Assembly: GCF_009914755.1 (NCBI RefSeq)
Contig: NC_060940.1
DNA: 64,000 bases
DNA from: the human T2T-CHM13v2.0 reference genome, Homo sapiens
Reading direction: 5' to 3' (one strand)
A model generated the notes under the pieces. That model searched no databases and had not been told where the DNA came from. It saw only the letters and a list, made by a program, of their open reading frames with translations. Each line of letters opens with the position of its first letter. Within the stretch, counting starts at the first letter, position 1. A program made the position numbers and the translations under genes. Below are positions 1-21,547 of the stretch, piece after piece.

Positions 1-217
1 CACAGCTATAGATAGAACTGAGACTTAACCCAGGAGAGGCTGGCTCCCAGGCCAGGCATGATCCCAACACTCACGGCTTCTCAAAATGCAAATTCTGGGC
101 TCACTCTAAAATCCAGCCCTGGGGCCCTGGCTGTGAACAGGGGCCTCTGTGCTAGACCCACGTCACTCCAGAACAGGGACTGCTTGGCAGCTGTGGAGAA
201 ATAAAATCTCTGCCTAG

Positions 218-522
<305 letters not shown>

Positions 523-559
523 AGCTGCCCAGCTCTGTTCTTTCTCTGGATTCGTGACT

Positions 560-1043
560 CTTCACCAGATCTGTGTTACTACGCTAGGGTGTGAGCACAC
601 TGTGTGAAGGTGTGAACATAAGCATCTGTGTGTGTGCATATTGGTGTGTGCTGTAGAATCCTAGTGCTTGTGGGTGTGTACGTTCCCACTTGGGTGTGCA
701 GGTGTCTCAGCGCACTCGAGTACCCTAGTATGCGTGTATTTCCTGGTGGATGCCTGTGCACACGTGTCCCCATGTGGGCATCTCGTGTGTCCCATTGGAT
801 GTGTGCATGTGCCCATGCGTCCAGGTGCGTGTGTGTGTACTGTGTGTCCCTTGTGTGCCCACGCACAGCCCAGTGTGTCTTGGTGTGCCTATGCATGTGT
901 CCAGGTGTGGGTGGCTGTCTCCACACGTCCCACTGGGTGAGTGTCCTACTGTGTGTATGTGCATGTCCTGCCATGTCTTCACATGTGCATACACTGGGGT
1001 GTATATCTGCATCTCCAGGTACGTGAGTCTTGGCGTGTATGCC

Positions 1044-1083
<40 letters not shown>

Positions 1084-1420
1084 TTGACAGGTCTATGGTG
1101 TGGGTGTGTGTCCGTGCATTTCCCCATGTGGGTGTCCTGGGAAAGCCTGCCTCAGTGTGAGCCTGCAACAGTGTGTGTAGGTCTGTGTGTGTACACGTGA
1201 TCCAGCATGTGTGTGCATATCCCTGTGTGTTTGTGTGTCCCTGTGCCTTGGTGTGAGCCTGTGTCAGTGTACGTGCAGGTCTGTGCATGTACACATGATC
1301 CAGTGTGCGTGTGCACGTCCCAGTGCAATGGGTGCCTGCTTCAGTGTGTGTGGGTTGTGTCCCATGTGTGTACACGTGCGCTCAGGATGCATGCGTGTGG
1401 GTCTTGGCGTGTGCATCTCA
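560..1420. repeat. Degenerate TG-rich simple repeat with a pure (TG)n core at ~1048-1082
   Basis: Dense tgtgtg/catgtg runs; explains the Cys/Val- and His/Thr-rich spurious ORFs. Confidence 0.9.
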
Positions 1421-2342
1421 CTGCATATTTTCTTTGTGAAAGGACAGGGGTGTGTGGAGCCTGGAAAAAGCACATTCAATGTTTCCCTATATTTGAGCAA
1501 AGAAAACAAAGCTGTCTGTTTTCTTAATACAGAGCAGGGCAAGCGGGCTTGGCTGGGAGGGCAGGGGTTATAAAAAGACTAAGAAGCTCTCCGGCACATG
1601 GGAGGGGCCGCCTGCTGGAGGTTCCCGCCTCTGACTGCTTTGCCCAAGAAAGGCGGCGGGGGCACAGACAGGGCAGGCTCGGGCCTGTCCCAGACCAAAG
1701 CTGGAGCCAGAAGCCTGGTCACAGCCTGCAGGGCTGTGGGGCAGGCTGGTGCCACTTGGCTGGCAGAGAGCCCAGATCTGTGAGCCACTTCCGGTGGCCC
1801 TGCCAGGACAACTGGGCCAGCATGAGGCCTGGGTGCTGAGCAGTCCACACAGTAATGACCCAGTTGGTTCTGTGTATGGCTGCCCGGGGGATGAACCCAG
1901 AAGGGCCAGCCTTCCCTGTTTTCACAAAAACCAGAAACCACATCGCAAAGAGAAGAACAAACAATTTTGAAAGAGAAATAAAAAAAAAAATGGGAGGAGA
2001 AGAAAACAATCTTAATGCAAAAATCTCTAACGAAGGCTTACTTACACTTCAGTTAAAAGTCTGTTTAAGATACTCACTTTTTCATTTTTAAAGATGGAAA
2101 AATAAAATTATCCTCAAACCTGTGACCCTTATTAAGCTGATTTCACTTTTCCAACATGATTCTAAAGCTCAGTCATCATGCTCAAACCAACCCTCCCTGA
2201 AAAGCTAAGAAAACAGAACTGGGAGAAGACAAGCCAGGAAGCACTGGGACCTGGGGGAGATCAAACACCAGCTACAAAGCATCAAGAAGCCGCACTTCAC
2301 CAACATGAAGAACTTTTGTTCATTGAAAGACACCATTAAGAA

Positions 2343-2681
<339 letters not shown>

Positions 2682-3195
2682 TTAAAAGTTCATTAAAATA
2701 CTCTCTCCCTGCTTGCCCCTCACTCCCCACTTCCCACCCCCCTCCTCTCCCCAGGCTTCACGAACCCGGTGCATTCCCAGAACCTGCCAGGGCTCACGCA
2801 GGGCCTTGCTGACTCGATGACAGAACAAGAAAATACAGCCCAGAGAGGCATGAGCTCTGGCCTGCATACGGAACATCGCATGTGAGGCAGGTAGAGGAAG
2901 CTTCTGGGCTCCACAAGCCGATCGATGCCACCTGCTTGGCTCAGTGCTGTGTCCCAGACTAATGGCAACAGCCACTTCCCTCCGCACACACCATACAATT
3001 CACCTGGTCTGCAAGGTCATTCTACAAAATAGTCCCATTGTCCAGACGGGGAAAATTGAGGCCTGGGAAAGTAAAGTACCTTGCCCAAGGTCCTGCTGGT
3101 GAGGAATGGGGCTGGGATCTGAAATGAGGAAGTCCAGATGGGTTTGTGCTCTTAGTTACTGCACATGAATCGAACATATGTACAAATAAACGAGT

Positions 3196-3475
3196 GAAAG
3201 GAGGAAGGGGGGGAGGGGGGAAGGGAGGAAGAGGGGAGGGGGAAGGGAGAAAGGGGGCGAAGAGAGGAAGGGGGGAAGGGAGGCAGAGGGGAGGGGGGAA
3301 GGGAGGCAGAGGGGAGGGGGGAAGGGAGGCAGAGGGGAGGGGGGAAGGGAGGCAGAGGGGAGGGGGGAAGGGAGGCAGAGGGGAGGGGGGAAGGGAGGGA
3401 GAGGGGAGAGGGGGAAGGGAGGGAGAGGGGAGAGGGGGAAGGGAGGCAGAAGGGAATGGGGGAAGGGGAAGGAGA
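3196..3475 (+). repeat. Polypurine minisatellite, ~23-bp unit gggggaagggaggcagaggggag
   Basis: About 5 near-perfect units from 3271, plus degenerate flanking units. Confidence 0.9.
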
Positions 3476-4277
3476 CAGACATTTCCAGGGAGATGGGCTA
3501 AGCCCAGGGCAGGTCTTGGGTGGTTCTGGCATTCCTGGTGGCCAGCGTGCCACCTACTAGGCTGTGAACTGTGGGTGATGCCTCTTGGGACCCAACCTGG
3601 GCCTGGCTCTGAGTCAGTGCCTGATTCTTGTCTGCTGAGCAGAGCCAACAACACAGTCTACCTGGAACAGCCCCACCTCAAACCCTGCGGTCAGGGGCCA
3701 GAAGGCAAGGGCTCCCTATATTCCACCTGGAGGGACAGCCAGGGCTGGACCAGCTCCAGGGGCTCTCAGATCCTGGTAGGGTCCATTCTACCAATGCAGG
3801 GGTCTCTGATGCCCCCAGGGACCCCAGCTGCCTGGCACCAGCTGTGTCTTCACTCCCGCTCCCTACCGATGCCATCTGACTTGGCACTCACTATTAGCCG
3901 GGACAAGATGGGGAGTGACAGATGACACCCCCTTGCCCAGGAAAGTGAGGACACACCCCAAGGTCTCAGGTCAGAATTGAGGTGAAGGGCAGAGCAGCTG
4001 CAATCCCTTGGGCAAGCTGCCTTACCTCTTTGGGCCTCGGTTTTCTCACCTGCAAAATGGGGTTGATGAGAGCACCTACTTCATAGAGACACCTCAAGGG
4101 TTAAATGAGACCTCCACATATCGTAGAAATTATTGACCTCATCTCACACAGATTTCCTAATCTCCAGACTCATTAAATATGTGTGTTTATAAATATAATA
4201 GCTCTGATTTCAAGTGCTCAGATTTCGTGCCAGACACCAGGAGAACCACTTCACACACAGCATTTCATTCCTCACTA

Positions 4278-4688
<411 letters not shown>

Positions 4689-4853
4689 TCACACAGGTGG
4701 GAGGCACATTGCTGACCCTTGAACCCGGAATTCTCTGATACCAAAGGTTCCCTTGAACCCGCCACAGAAGCCCAGGAGGATGGGTGGTCTGGCCTCCTCT
4801 GCTTATCCTACGAGGGGCTGGCACAAAAGAACTGATCACCTCCCCCACATCTA

Positions 4854-5129
<276 letters not shown>

Positions 5130-6186
5130 TCACCGAAGTCACCCGGGGGTAAACTGAGGCTCAGAGAGGTACGGTGCAGACATGCCCACCCTCACACCTT
5201 GGGAGGGGCTGACCCGGGTCTGGGGACCCCGCAGTCTGGCTGAGGCCCGTGCTCTCAGCACAGCAGCACCCAGCCCAGACCCCGGCAGCTCTACCCACCC
5301 AAGAAACACTGGTGTGGGAAAACACAAGTCCGCATGCAGTGCTCTGCTGAAACCCACCCAAGCAAATGTCACCGAGAAGGGGTAAAAATCCCTAGCGGAA
5401 CAGGAACCAGCAATCAGCAAACAGTCCCTAATTTAAACCTCGAATACTCAGCACAACATCAGGACATTTATTTTTTCTTTTTTTGTGAGTTAGGGTCTCA
5501 CTCTGTCACCCAGGCTGCAGTGCAGTGGTGCGATCACACCTCACTGTAGCCGCCACCTCCTGGGCTCAGGTGATCCTCCCACTCAGCCTCCCAAGTAGCT
5601 GGGACCACAAGTGTTCGCTACCAAGTCGAGCTAACTTTTAAATTTTTTGTAGAGATGGGTGCATTGCTATGTTGCCCAGGCTGGTCTCAAACTCCTGAGC
5701 ATAGCCGTAAGCTGACTGAGTTAGTGCCTCAGAGATTCCCCTCTGAGATTGGGAGTCTCTTTACCTGCCTTACTAGCCCCAGATCAGCAAGGTCTGGGTG
5801 GTGGAATGCCGGCCCTGCCCAGCACCCCCCAGCCCAGACTCTCCACGCCCCCAGCAGGAGGGTACCCTAGGTGCATTGGAATGCTAATTCCAGCAAGAGG
5901 GTCCCTGTCTGGGGAAGGGAACAATGGCTGTCTTTATCCGCCAGGCCCTTCAGCTTCTGGTCTCAGGCAGGATAGAGCTTGGACCCCGTGGGAACCTCCA
6001 GGCTCCCCACTTAATCTCCTTCTTGGCGCACATTCTCAGACTGAAGGACAAGTCAGTGTCAAGGGGACGGGATGAGGCATCAGCATCCATCCCTCACTGG
6101 GAACCCAGGACAGCACGAAGACTCCTTTAACCCAGGGATGCCCCCAGCCAGCTCCTAGTCCATCCCCCACCCGGAGAGGGACCTTA

Positions 6187-6465
<279 letters not shown>

Positions 6466-6727
6466 TCACTGCACCCCAAGCCCCTACAAGCATACAAGCT
6501 GGCTCATTTTTCTCTGATTTAGCAGGTATTTATTGAGCACCTACTATGTGCCTTGCATTGCACTCAGGATATGGCAGTGAAAGAACAGGCATAGTGTCTG
6601 AATCTGTGGCATCTAATAAAACCCCAATAAATGTTCACTATGATTGTAATATAATTATTCTAATGAGTCTTAGCATATTTCAAATATTTAGCGAGGTGGC
6701 AATCTTTTCCTACATAATATACATACT

Positions 6728-7328
6728 CTTTTTTTTTTTTTTTGAGATGGAGTCTCACTCTGTTGCCCAGGCTACAGGGCAGTGGCGCAATCTCGGCTCA
6801 CGGCAACCTCCACCTCCTGGGTTCTAGCGATTCTCCCGCCTCAGCCTCCTGAGTAGCTGGGATTACAGGCACCTGTGACCACGTCTGGCTTATTTTTTGT
6901 ATTTTTAGTAGAGAAGAGGTTTCACCATGTTAGCCAGGATGGTCTCGATCTCCTGACCTTGTGATCTGCCCGCCTCGGCCTTCCAAAGTGCTGGGATTAC
7001 AGGCATGAGCCACCACACCTGGACCACCTTTTTTTTTTTTTTTTTTTTTTTTTTAAGAGACAGGATCTCCCTCTGTCTCCCGGGATGGAGTGCTGCAACA
7101 GTCACTTCTCACTGCAGCCTCAACCTCCTGGGCTCCAGCGATCCTCCCACCTCAGCCTCCCGTGTAGCTGGGAATACTGGTGTGCATCACCACGCTCAGC
7201 TAATTTTTTTGTATTTTTCATAGAGATGAGGTTTCACCATGTTGGTCTCAAACTTCTGGGCTCAAGTGATCCTCCCACCTTGGCCTCCCCAAGTGCTGGG
7301 ATGACAGGTGTGAGCCATCGCGCCCACC
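6728..7328 (-). mobile_element. Two tandem Alus
   Basis: Two poly-T-led reverse Alu copies (~6728-7024, ~7030-7328). Confidence 0.9.
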
Positions 7329-8388
7329 CTTTTCCAATATTCCTAATAAAAAAATTGTTTTATACAATTATTAACAGTGATGGCTAATAAAGGGCATTAT
7401 AGGGGGTGCAGAGGGCCCAAAACTCACAAGAAATAAAGGACTCTACTCAGAGAACAGCCCCTGGGTTTAGGAGATGTTTAGTTTGGAAAACCTTCCCTCC
7501 TGGTACCCCTGTAGTCTCAGGCTCACTGCATTGGCCTGAACCCAAAGCCACAGAAACAGCAACAAGGTAGGAGCCGAGCCAAGCCAGGTCCCAGCTTCCT
7601 GCAGGGAAGCCCCCATACTTTCCCCAGGCTTGGCCAGGGCCAGGCCTGAATCCCCCACCCACCCAGAGGTCCTCCGAGGCTGGGACCTGCTTCCCTGACC
7701 CTGGGCCTCCCTGCTGTGTGTGGCTGTGACAGAATCCCTGCACACGCAGCTCGATCTCAGCAAGACGCAGCCTGCAAAACAGGCCCTCACTGGTCACTCG
7801 GCCCACCTGCCAACGTGTCTGCCCACCAGAGTCCCGGCAGCCTTCCCGGAATGTGCCTTCTGTGGTCAGAGCCAGTGGCAACCCTCAGCTCTGTCTTTCC
7901 TTCCTCCGGCAGGACCCACAAGCCAGCCCCTGCTGCAGGCTAACTGCCACCATCGCAGCTGGCCCTGACCACTGGTAGCCTAAAAGACTCTATTGCCCAG
8001 TTTGGGGCGTCTATCCAAAAAATGTCAGTTCCAGGCCTGCTTCCTTCCTTCCTTCCTAATGGGCTCGGCCACATTTCCCTCTGGCTGGTGGCTGCCTTTC
8101 CCCAGCTGCCCTTGGCACCCTGGGTTCGGAACACGTGTGCAGATGGGCACCTGGGGATGGTGCCTGCCCGGGACCACTCCTCCTCCTCTGGGCAAGCCTC
8201 TGGCCACAAGTGTTACCCTGAGAATGCGCCTTTCAGATCCAGGCACGACAGGAGGGATCATTAGTGGCTTATCCTGGTTTCCCTCCACTGGAGGAAGAAG
8301 AAATTCAAAAGGAGAAAAGAGGGCAGATCTAGGCAGGCTACGGATGGAGGCAAAGGGTCCAAGGCTCCTGCCTAGAAATCAAGTCCAG

Positions 8389-9069
<681 letters not shown>

Positions 9070-9279
9070 CTAGTTACTTAGTAAGGAGCTTTTACTATGT
9101 TCCAGCAACTGGTCTAAGCTGACAGAGAAGGAAAGTGACACTCAAAGTGATTGAGGCAGGGGCCGGTGGCCGCATGCTACTCAGTAGCAGAGCAGACACT
9201 TGAACCCAGGGCACCAGCTCCTGAACCCACATTCTTAACAAGCATCCTATATGCAATGGCTTAAAAAAAAAAAAAAAAG

Positions 9280-10545
<1,266 letters not shown>

Positions 10546-11881
10546 TGTCTATGCCATTTCGTGAGTGTAAACCGTCCTTAATAAACACCTGTAACTCGAG
10601 CTCCTTGTTCTCAGAACACCCAAGATTGGTGATAAGCCATGCCCTCTCCCAGGCATCCTTCCTGGCAGCCTGGAGAAGTTGGCCCTGCTGGCTCCGTCTG
10701 TCTGTCCCCTCCCAACCCCAATGCACCCTTGCTTCCTCCTCCTTTGTTCCTTAGGGACGCCCTTGGCCATCCCACCCTCTGCCCCCCACATCGAAACTCC
10801 GGGGCCTCTCTATGGAAGGCCCGACTCGGGGGTTTGCTTTCTATTGAGCGCTGAGTCCTGGTTTTGTTTCCAGACTGAAAAACAAACCTTGTCTCCTGCC
10901 CACCATCAATGGGGAGGGGCAGAGGCATTTCAAGCCGAAGCTCATGAGGTCTATCCCCCTGGCAACCCAGGCAGGCCCTCAGCCCTCCCGGGGGCCCAGG
11001 AGCTGCTTGGTGTGCACCGATGTGTCCCTGCAAAGCCATTTCTAGCAACAGGGTCCTCAGCATTTCACCCCTCAGCCCAGGGGACCTCCACGGTGGCAGT
11101 AACTTCCTTTTTTTCAATGCTGTAAGTAAAAGACAGCCGCACAGTGCCCTCTGGGGCTAGCACCGCCAGCGTCCAAAAGTGGAGATCGAGGCCCACAGCC
11201 CTTGCCCTGAGCCACCCCTGCCAGGGGAAATGTCCAGTTAGGTGGTCAGGGGTCCTCTTGGGGCCAAAGAATGCAGTGCTGTCTTCCCATCAAGCCATGA
11301 GGTTCGGCAGTGCAACGGTTAGAGCACAGGCCACAGAGCAGCGGTCCCCTACTGGTGACAAGTGTGCTCCCCAGGGCCATCTGGTTGCCACGGACTGCAG
11401 GTGGTGATGATGGTGGTATCCAGTGAGGAGAGGCCAGAGATGCTGCTAAACATCCCACATTGCACGTGACAGCCTCCCCCACACACTCCACAAAGAATGA
11501 CCCAGCCCTCGGTGTCCACAGCACCCAGGGCGAGAAACCCTGCTTTGGGCCATGCTGCCTGGGTTAACAGCCCAGCTCTATCACTTACTAGCAGTGTGGC
11601 TTTAAGCACATTTCCTAAACTCTTCAAGCTTCAGTTTCCTCATCTGTAAAATGGGCACAATGATATGAATTTCACTGAGATGATTAAATTAGATAACGCA
11701 AGTGAGGCCCCGGAGCTTATTGTCTGAGCATACACTAAGTGCTCAATTAAACTGTAAAGCCCTGGCAGGGCGCAGTGGCTCACGCCTGTAATCCCAACAC
11801 CTTGGCAAGCTGAGGTGGGAGGACTGTTTGTGTCCAGAAGTTCAAGACCAGCCTGGGCAACATGGCAAAACCCCGTCTCTA

Positions 11882-12230
<349 letters not shown>

Positions 12231-12778
12231 TTTCCTCCCCCAGGGACTGTGCCATGCTAAACCATCTCTCTCGTGCTTTCCATCTTACATGTGGGTTCAG
12301 GGCCCTCTCTCAGAACAAGACAGATGGTGAGGAGAATCTCATCATCACAGCACAGCCTCAGGGCCTCAGATTCTTGATGATCACCAACGAAGGAACTGGC
12401 CCTAAGTCTCAAAGCCACATCCACCTCCTGACTTGAAACAGCCAGGAGTTTCGGAGGAGGCCTGGGCCATGTGTTTCTAACTTTGCTGTGGGAAGTCCTC
12501 AATGCTGAGGCTCAGATGTTGCTAGGCCTGGGAGATTAGACTGTGAGTCAAAAGGACTGTTGTGTGCTCGTAGACAGACAGAGGAGAAAAGGCTTCCCCT
12601 CTGCTCACATCCAACCTGGACTGGGGCACTGGCCTGGCACACGCCATCTAGATTTCCTTGCTTCTGCAACCAGGCACAGCTGTGCAGTGCACAACCTACC
12701 CACCCATAGGTGACAGCCCTGATATTAAATATCTGAGAGGATGGGCCAGGATATGGGCAGGAAGAGGAAGGTGTCCTA

Positions 12779-13078
<300 letters not shown>

Positions 13079-13143
13079 TCAGGCAACAGGTAAGAGGGGT
13101 GTCTACGAGGGAAATCATAGCAGCGTCATTGCAAACAGCCTAA

Positions 13144-14086
<943 letters not shown>

Positions 14087-15114
14087 TTAACCGTGTCCTT
14101 TTGTACCATGTCACACATCACCTTGTCAAAGCAATAAATCTTAATCTCTCTCATGCATTCGGTCCTGTGACTGCTTCCTAATAAAGATGGGTGATGGCAG
14201 AAACTGCCCTCTGCTCTACACACAGCCATGGTGTTAAACTTCCCTGAGCCCCGCTTGGACCCCCACATCTCAGCCAAAGACCTACCCTCGAATCCACAGT
14301 CCACACCTCCCTCAGCTTCAATGCTCCTTAGCGAAGGCCGTGTGCCTTCTAGATGCTTTCCAACACCATCTGGCTGCCTGCAGGCCTGGGCACCTGCCCT
14401 CGCAGTGTGTCTAGCTCCACACAGGTGCACACATTCATCCATCTAATCCTCAGACCTCTCCTTAGCCCCCCAGGTGCCTGGGACACACAGAGGTCGTGCC
14501 TGCCCCAGGGCCTTTGCACTTCCTGTTTCCTCCCTGAATGCTCTTTCCTGCATCTTCCCAAAGCTGACCTTGTCTTATCCTTCATTACTTTCTCAGAGAG
14601 GCCCTCTTGGCGCCCCTGTCTAAGTCACTGGCTGTCATGCAGCTGTTTAATTTCTTTCCTGACATGGATCACAGTCTCAAGCCACCTTGACTAGGCTTTT
14701 TCCCCATCAATGATTTCCCCCTCCCAGGAGGGTGTCAGCCTCAGGGTGACAGAAATGGAGTTGACCATGATCACAGGCCTGTCCCCAGAGCCCCGGCAGT
14801 GCTCAGCACACAACAGGTGCTCAGACAAGCATTTCGGGTAAGCATGAATGAAAACACACTCCTGATGACCTGCCAAGAATCTGCAAACCTAAGGAGAATT
14901 CTCCCACGACAGTTGGGAACCAGATGACTCCAACCCAGGGAGGAAGACAGGGCCAAGCCAGGGCCATCTGAGCCCAGCGCGGAACTTCAAGGAGGGATAA
15001 AGTCTCATTTCTGAGTATGCCTTTGGGATCAGGCCCTAAAGAACGGGGCCAGGATGATGTGAACCAGTGCTCACAGAGGCCACATGCCAGGTGCTTAGCT
15101 AAAGGCAATGATGA

Positions 15115-15456
<342 letters not shown>

Positions 15457-15599
15457 TGACCTACCCGTATATTTACAGCTAAAGAAACTGAGGCACAGAA
15501 AGAAGCTATTGGCCCAAGTCACACAACATAGAGTCAGAATTTGAATCCAGTTCTGACTCCAAAGCCTCCTGGGAATGACAGTGAAAATATGAAAAAATT

Positions 15600-16862
<1,263 letters not shown>

Positions 16863-17229
16863 AGGAAAAAAAAAGAAATCTCATCCAACTCAGTGGGACA
16901 CCACTGGGTCCTGGCAAGCCTGGATGCCCCCAGGCACAGCTAGTTTCTGTAGCTGAGGGTCGGTGTGCGGGGAGGGCAGACCAAGCTGGGATCCTAGAAG
17001 GCATCCCATGGTGCAGAGCAAAGTCGGAGAAATCCCAAGGTCCCATCTAGTGAGTTCTCCCCCAGGGGGTGCCGGGAGCCTGCCCTCCAAGGCAAACGCT
17101 ATTACCAGCCAGAGCTGCAGAACACACGGCAGGGGTTCAGGTCCCAGCCCTGCCTCTCACTCACCGTGTGACCTTGGACAAGTCATTTGACCTCTTTGAG
17201 CCACAGGTCACTTATACGAAAAATTTAAT

Positions 17230-17851
17230 TGGCGGGGTACAACAGTTCACACCTGTAATCCTGTAATCCCAGCACTTTGGGAGGGCGAGGAGGAAGGATT
17301 ATTTGAGCCCAAGAGTTCGAGACCAGCCTGGGCAACGTAGTGAAACCCTGTCTCAACAACAACAAAAAATTAGCCAGGCATGGTGCTGTGCACCTGTAGT
17401 CCCAGTTACCTGGCGGGCTGAGGTGGGAGGATCACCTGTGCCTGGGGAGGTTGAGACTACAGTGAGCCATGATCAGACCACTGCTCTCCAGCCTGGGCAA
17501 CAGAACGAGACTGTGTCTCCAAAAAAAAAAAAAAAAAAAATTTAAAAATTTATTTATTTATTTATTTATTGAGATGGAGTCTTACTCTATCGCCCAGGCT
17601 GAAGTGCAGTGGCATGAACTTGGCTCACTGCACCTCCGCCTCCCGGGTTCAAACGATTCTCCGGCTTCAGCCTCCCGAGTAGCTGGGATCACAGGCGCCC
17701 ACCACTACTTCCAACTATTTTTTGCATTTTTAGTAGAGACGGGGTTTCTCCATGTTGGCCAGGCTGGTCTCGAACTCCTGATCTCAAGTTATCCGCCCAC
17801 CTCGGCCTCCCAAACCGCTGGGATTATAGGTGTGAGCCACTACATCTGGCC
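17230..17851. mobile_element. Tail-to-tail inverted Alu pair (+ ~17230-17540; - ~17549-17851)
   Basis: The poly-A tail of the first copy directly abuts the (TTTA)n tail of the opposite-strand copy. Confidence 0.9.
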
Positions 17852-18357
17852 AAAATTTTTATTTAAATTTAACTAATTTTACCTTCCTAATGGGGTTTTG
17901 ATGAGAATTAAATTAAATTAAATACACATAAAGTGCTCAGCACAGCAACTGGCCCACAGTAAATCCTTCCAAAGTCCCAGCAGTAAGAATAACCATTCTT
18001 ATTTCATTATTCAGGAAGACAACTGGTTTCCAAACATGGAAAAGCAATCCTCCCCCCAGATGTAGGCCTCGCTTGTTTCTTTCTGTGCAGAATTGTAGGA
18101 GGGCACCAAGTCCCAGGGAATACTATGTGTTAGCAGGAACTTTCTGGAAAATCAGGAAACCTGAGTCAGTTTGCCCCTAAAATGGGCAGACTGAGGGGTC
18201 ACTGAATTTAAGGTTGAGAAACAGAAGATTCCATCTTCACCAAGGACATCCCAGGGAAAAGGGACTCAACCAAGCCAGGGCCATTTGATCTGAGCCTCAG
18301 AAAGAGCCTGGAGAACCTTCTAGAAGTGGCTAACTCTCCTGATGATAACCATTTTCA

Positions 18358-18687
<330 letters not shown>

Positions 18688-19583
18688 TCAGGCCAGGATC
18701 TAGCCACCCACAGGACCCAGCTGGGACCAAGGGGAGGAGGGACGAGGGACACATCAGAGCTGTAGACCCCCCATTCCCCACTCAGCGAGGCTGGGGAGGA
18801 GACCCTGAGGGCTGCATCCCTGCGTCACCCACCCCTGGCTCGCCTGGATTGTGGCAACATCAGCCCAGGCAAAGGCACACCGGAGATGACAAGGATGAGG
18901 GGAAACAAGAAAGTCTAGCAGACAGTGACCCCCCAGGAGAGGAATGACAAAGCGTCAGTATGAAAACATTTCAATCAGCAGAGGCCCACCTCCACCTCTT
19001 AGATGCTGAGACTTTTGATAATAAGTCAACATGAACAATGATCACTTCTCATCCTCCTGCAGATGTTTGGTATTTACAAAGCACTTGCCTCTTCAGGGAG
19101 CTAGAGACAGAGGCGGGGAGGAGGGCTTGGGGAAAAGGACAGAGGGGCAGGCGTGGTGGCTCATTCCCGTAGTTCCAGCACTTGGGGAAGCCAAGGTGGC
19201 CGGAACGCTTGAGCTCAGAAGTTCAAGATCAGCCTGGGCAACATAGCAAGACATTATCTCTACTAAAATTTTTTTTAAAAAACTAACCAGGCATAGTGGT
19301 GTGTGCCTGTAGTCCCAGCTACTTGGGAGGCTGAGGCAGGAGGATCACTTGAGCTCAGGAGTTCAAGATCAGCCTGGACAACACAGCAAGACACCATCTC
19401 TACTAAAAATCCAGAAAAAAAAAATTTAACCAGGAAAGGTGCCTTGTGCCTGTAGTCCCAGCTACTCTCAAGAGGCTGAGACAGGAGGATCGCTTGAGGC
19501 CAGGAGTTGAAGGCTGCACTGAGCCATGATCACACCACTGCACTCCAGCCTGGGTGACAGAGTGGGACTCTGCCTCTAAGGAA

Positions 19584-20660
<1,077 letters not shown>

Positions 20661-20743
20661 TCAAAGAATAAAAGGCTGAGACCCCAAGAGCTGCCTGCAT
20701 TCCAAAACGCCTCACTTAATCCCAAGGAGCTGAAGGCATTCTG

Positions 20744-21547
20744 GATGTGCCACCCCAAAATATGCCACTTGGGAATATTGCCTTTTTTGTGGACCAGTCT
20801 CGCTCTGTTGCCCAGGCTGAGCTCACTGCAGCCTCAACCTTATAGGCTTAAACGATCCTTCTGCCTCAGCCTCCCAAATGGCTGGGACCACAGACATATG
20901 GCCACCATGCCCAGCTAATTTTTAAACCTTTTGTAGAGATAGATTCCCGCTACGTTGCCCAGGCTGATCTCAAACTCCTGAGCTCAAGCAGTCCTCCAGC
21001 CTCAGCCTCCAAAGCTCTGGGATTACAGGCGTAAGCCACCGCACTCCAGCCTCTTGTCTATTTTGAACCAAAGACTGTATTTGTTGAGAAACAGCAAATA
21101 CGGGGAGAGGCTTTCTCTGAACTCCCCTCTTCTGCCTAAAGACAGATCCTCCAAAAGGAACCTAATTGTCATCAATGCCCTCCAGGGACTTTCATCCACC
21201 TGGGGAGAGCAGCTCTCATCCTAAGAGAGGATGGTGCAAGTCGACACCACACCCAGACAAACTTTATCCCACACTAGCACATCTCCTGTCTCTTCTTCCA
21301 AGGGTCCCTTCCTCTTTCCTAGAAACCATCTACTCCCCTCTAACTTGTCTCGCTCCCTCCTCCCCTTTCCCCTGAAAATGGTGCATAAGCTCCCAAGTCT
21401 CAGCACTCTGGGGAGCCTTCACTCTTTCATTCCACGATGCCCCTGTGCATATAAAAAAATCTATCTACCTCTTCTCCTAATGTCAGTTTATTTCTAGACA
21501 CAGCTATTGAACCCAGGAAGGTAGAGGGAGTCTTTCCCTCCCCTACA
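20744..21547 (+). mobile_element. ERV1 LTR (MER34/MER39-like) with an internal Alu (~20795-21050)
   Basis: tgtgccaccccaaaatatgccactt start and ...gaacccaggaaggtagaggg...ccctaca end; subfamily from recall. Confidence 0.6.

Noticed and set aside
579-1573. Cluster of 90-216 aa Cys/Val- or His/Thr-rich ORFs
   Set aside because: Translation artefacts of the TG-rich simple repeat.
3022-3925. 210-259 aa Pro-rich / Gly-Arg-Glu-rich ORFs
   Set aside because: Produced by the polypurine minisatellite; no splice or domain support.
7447-7881. Minus-strand ORF with the coding-looking segment RLRLAEIELRVQGF
   Set aside because: No clear donor, and exons 8 and 9 already join in phase without it.
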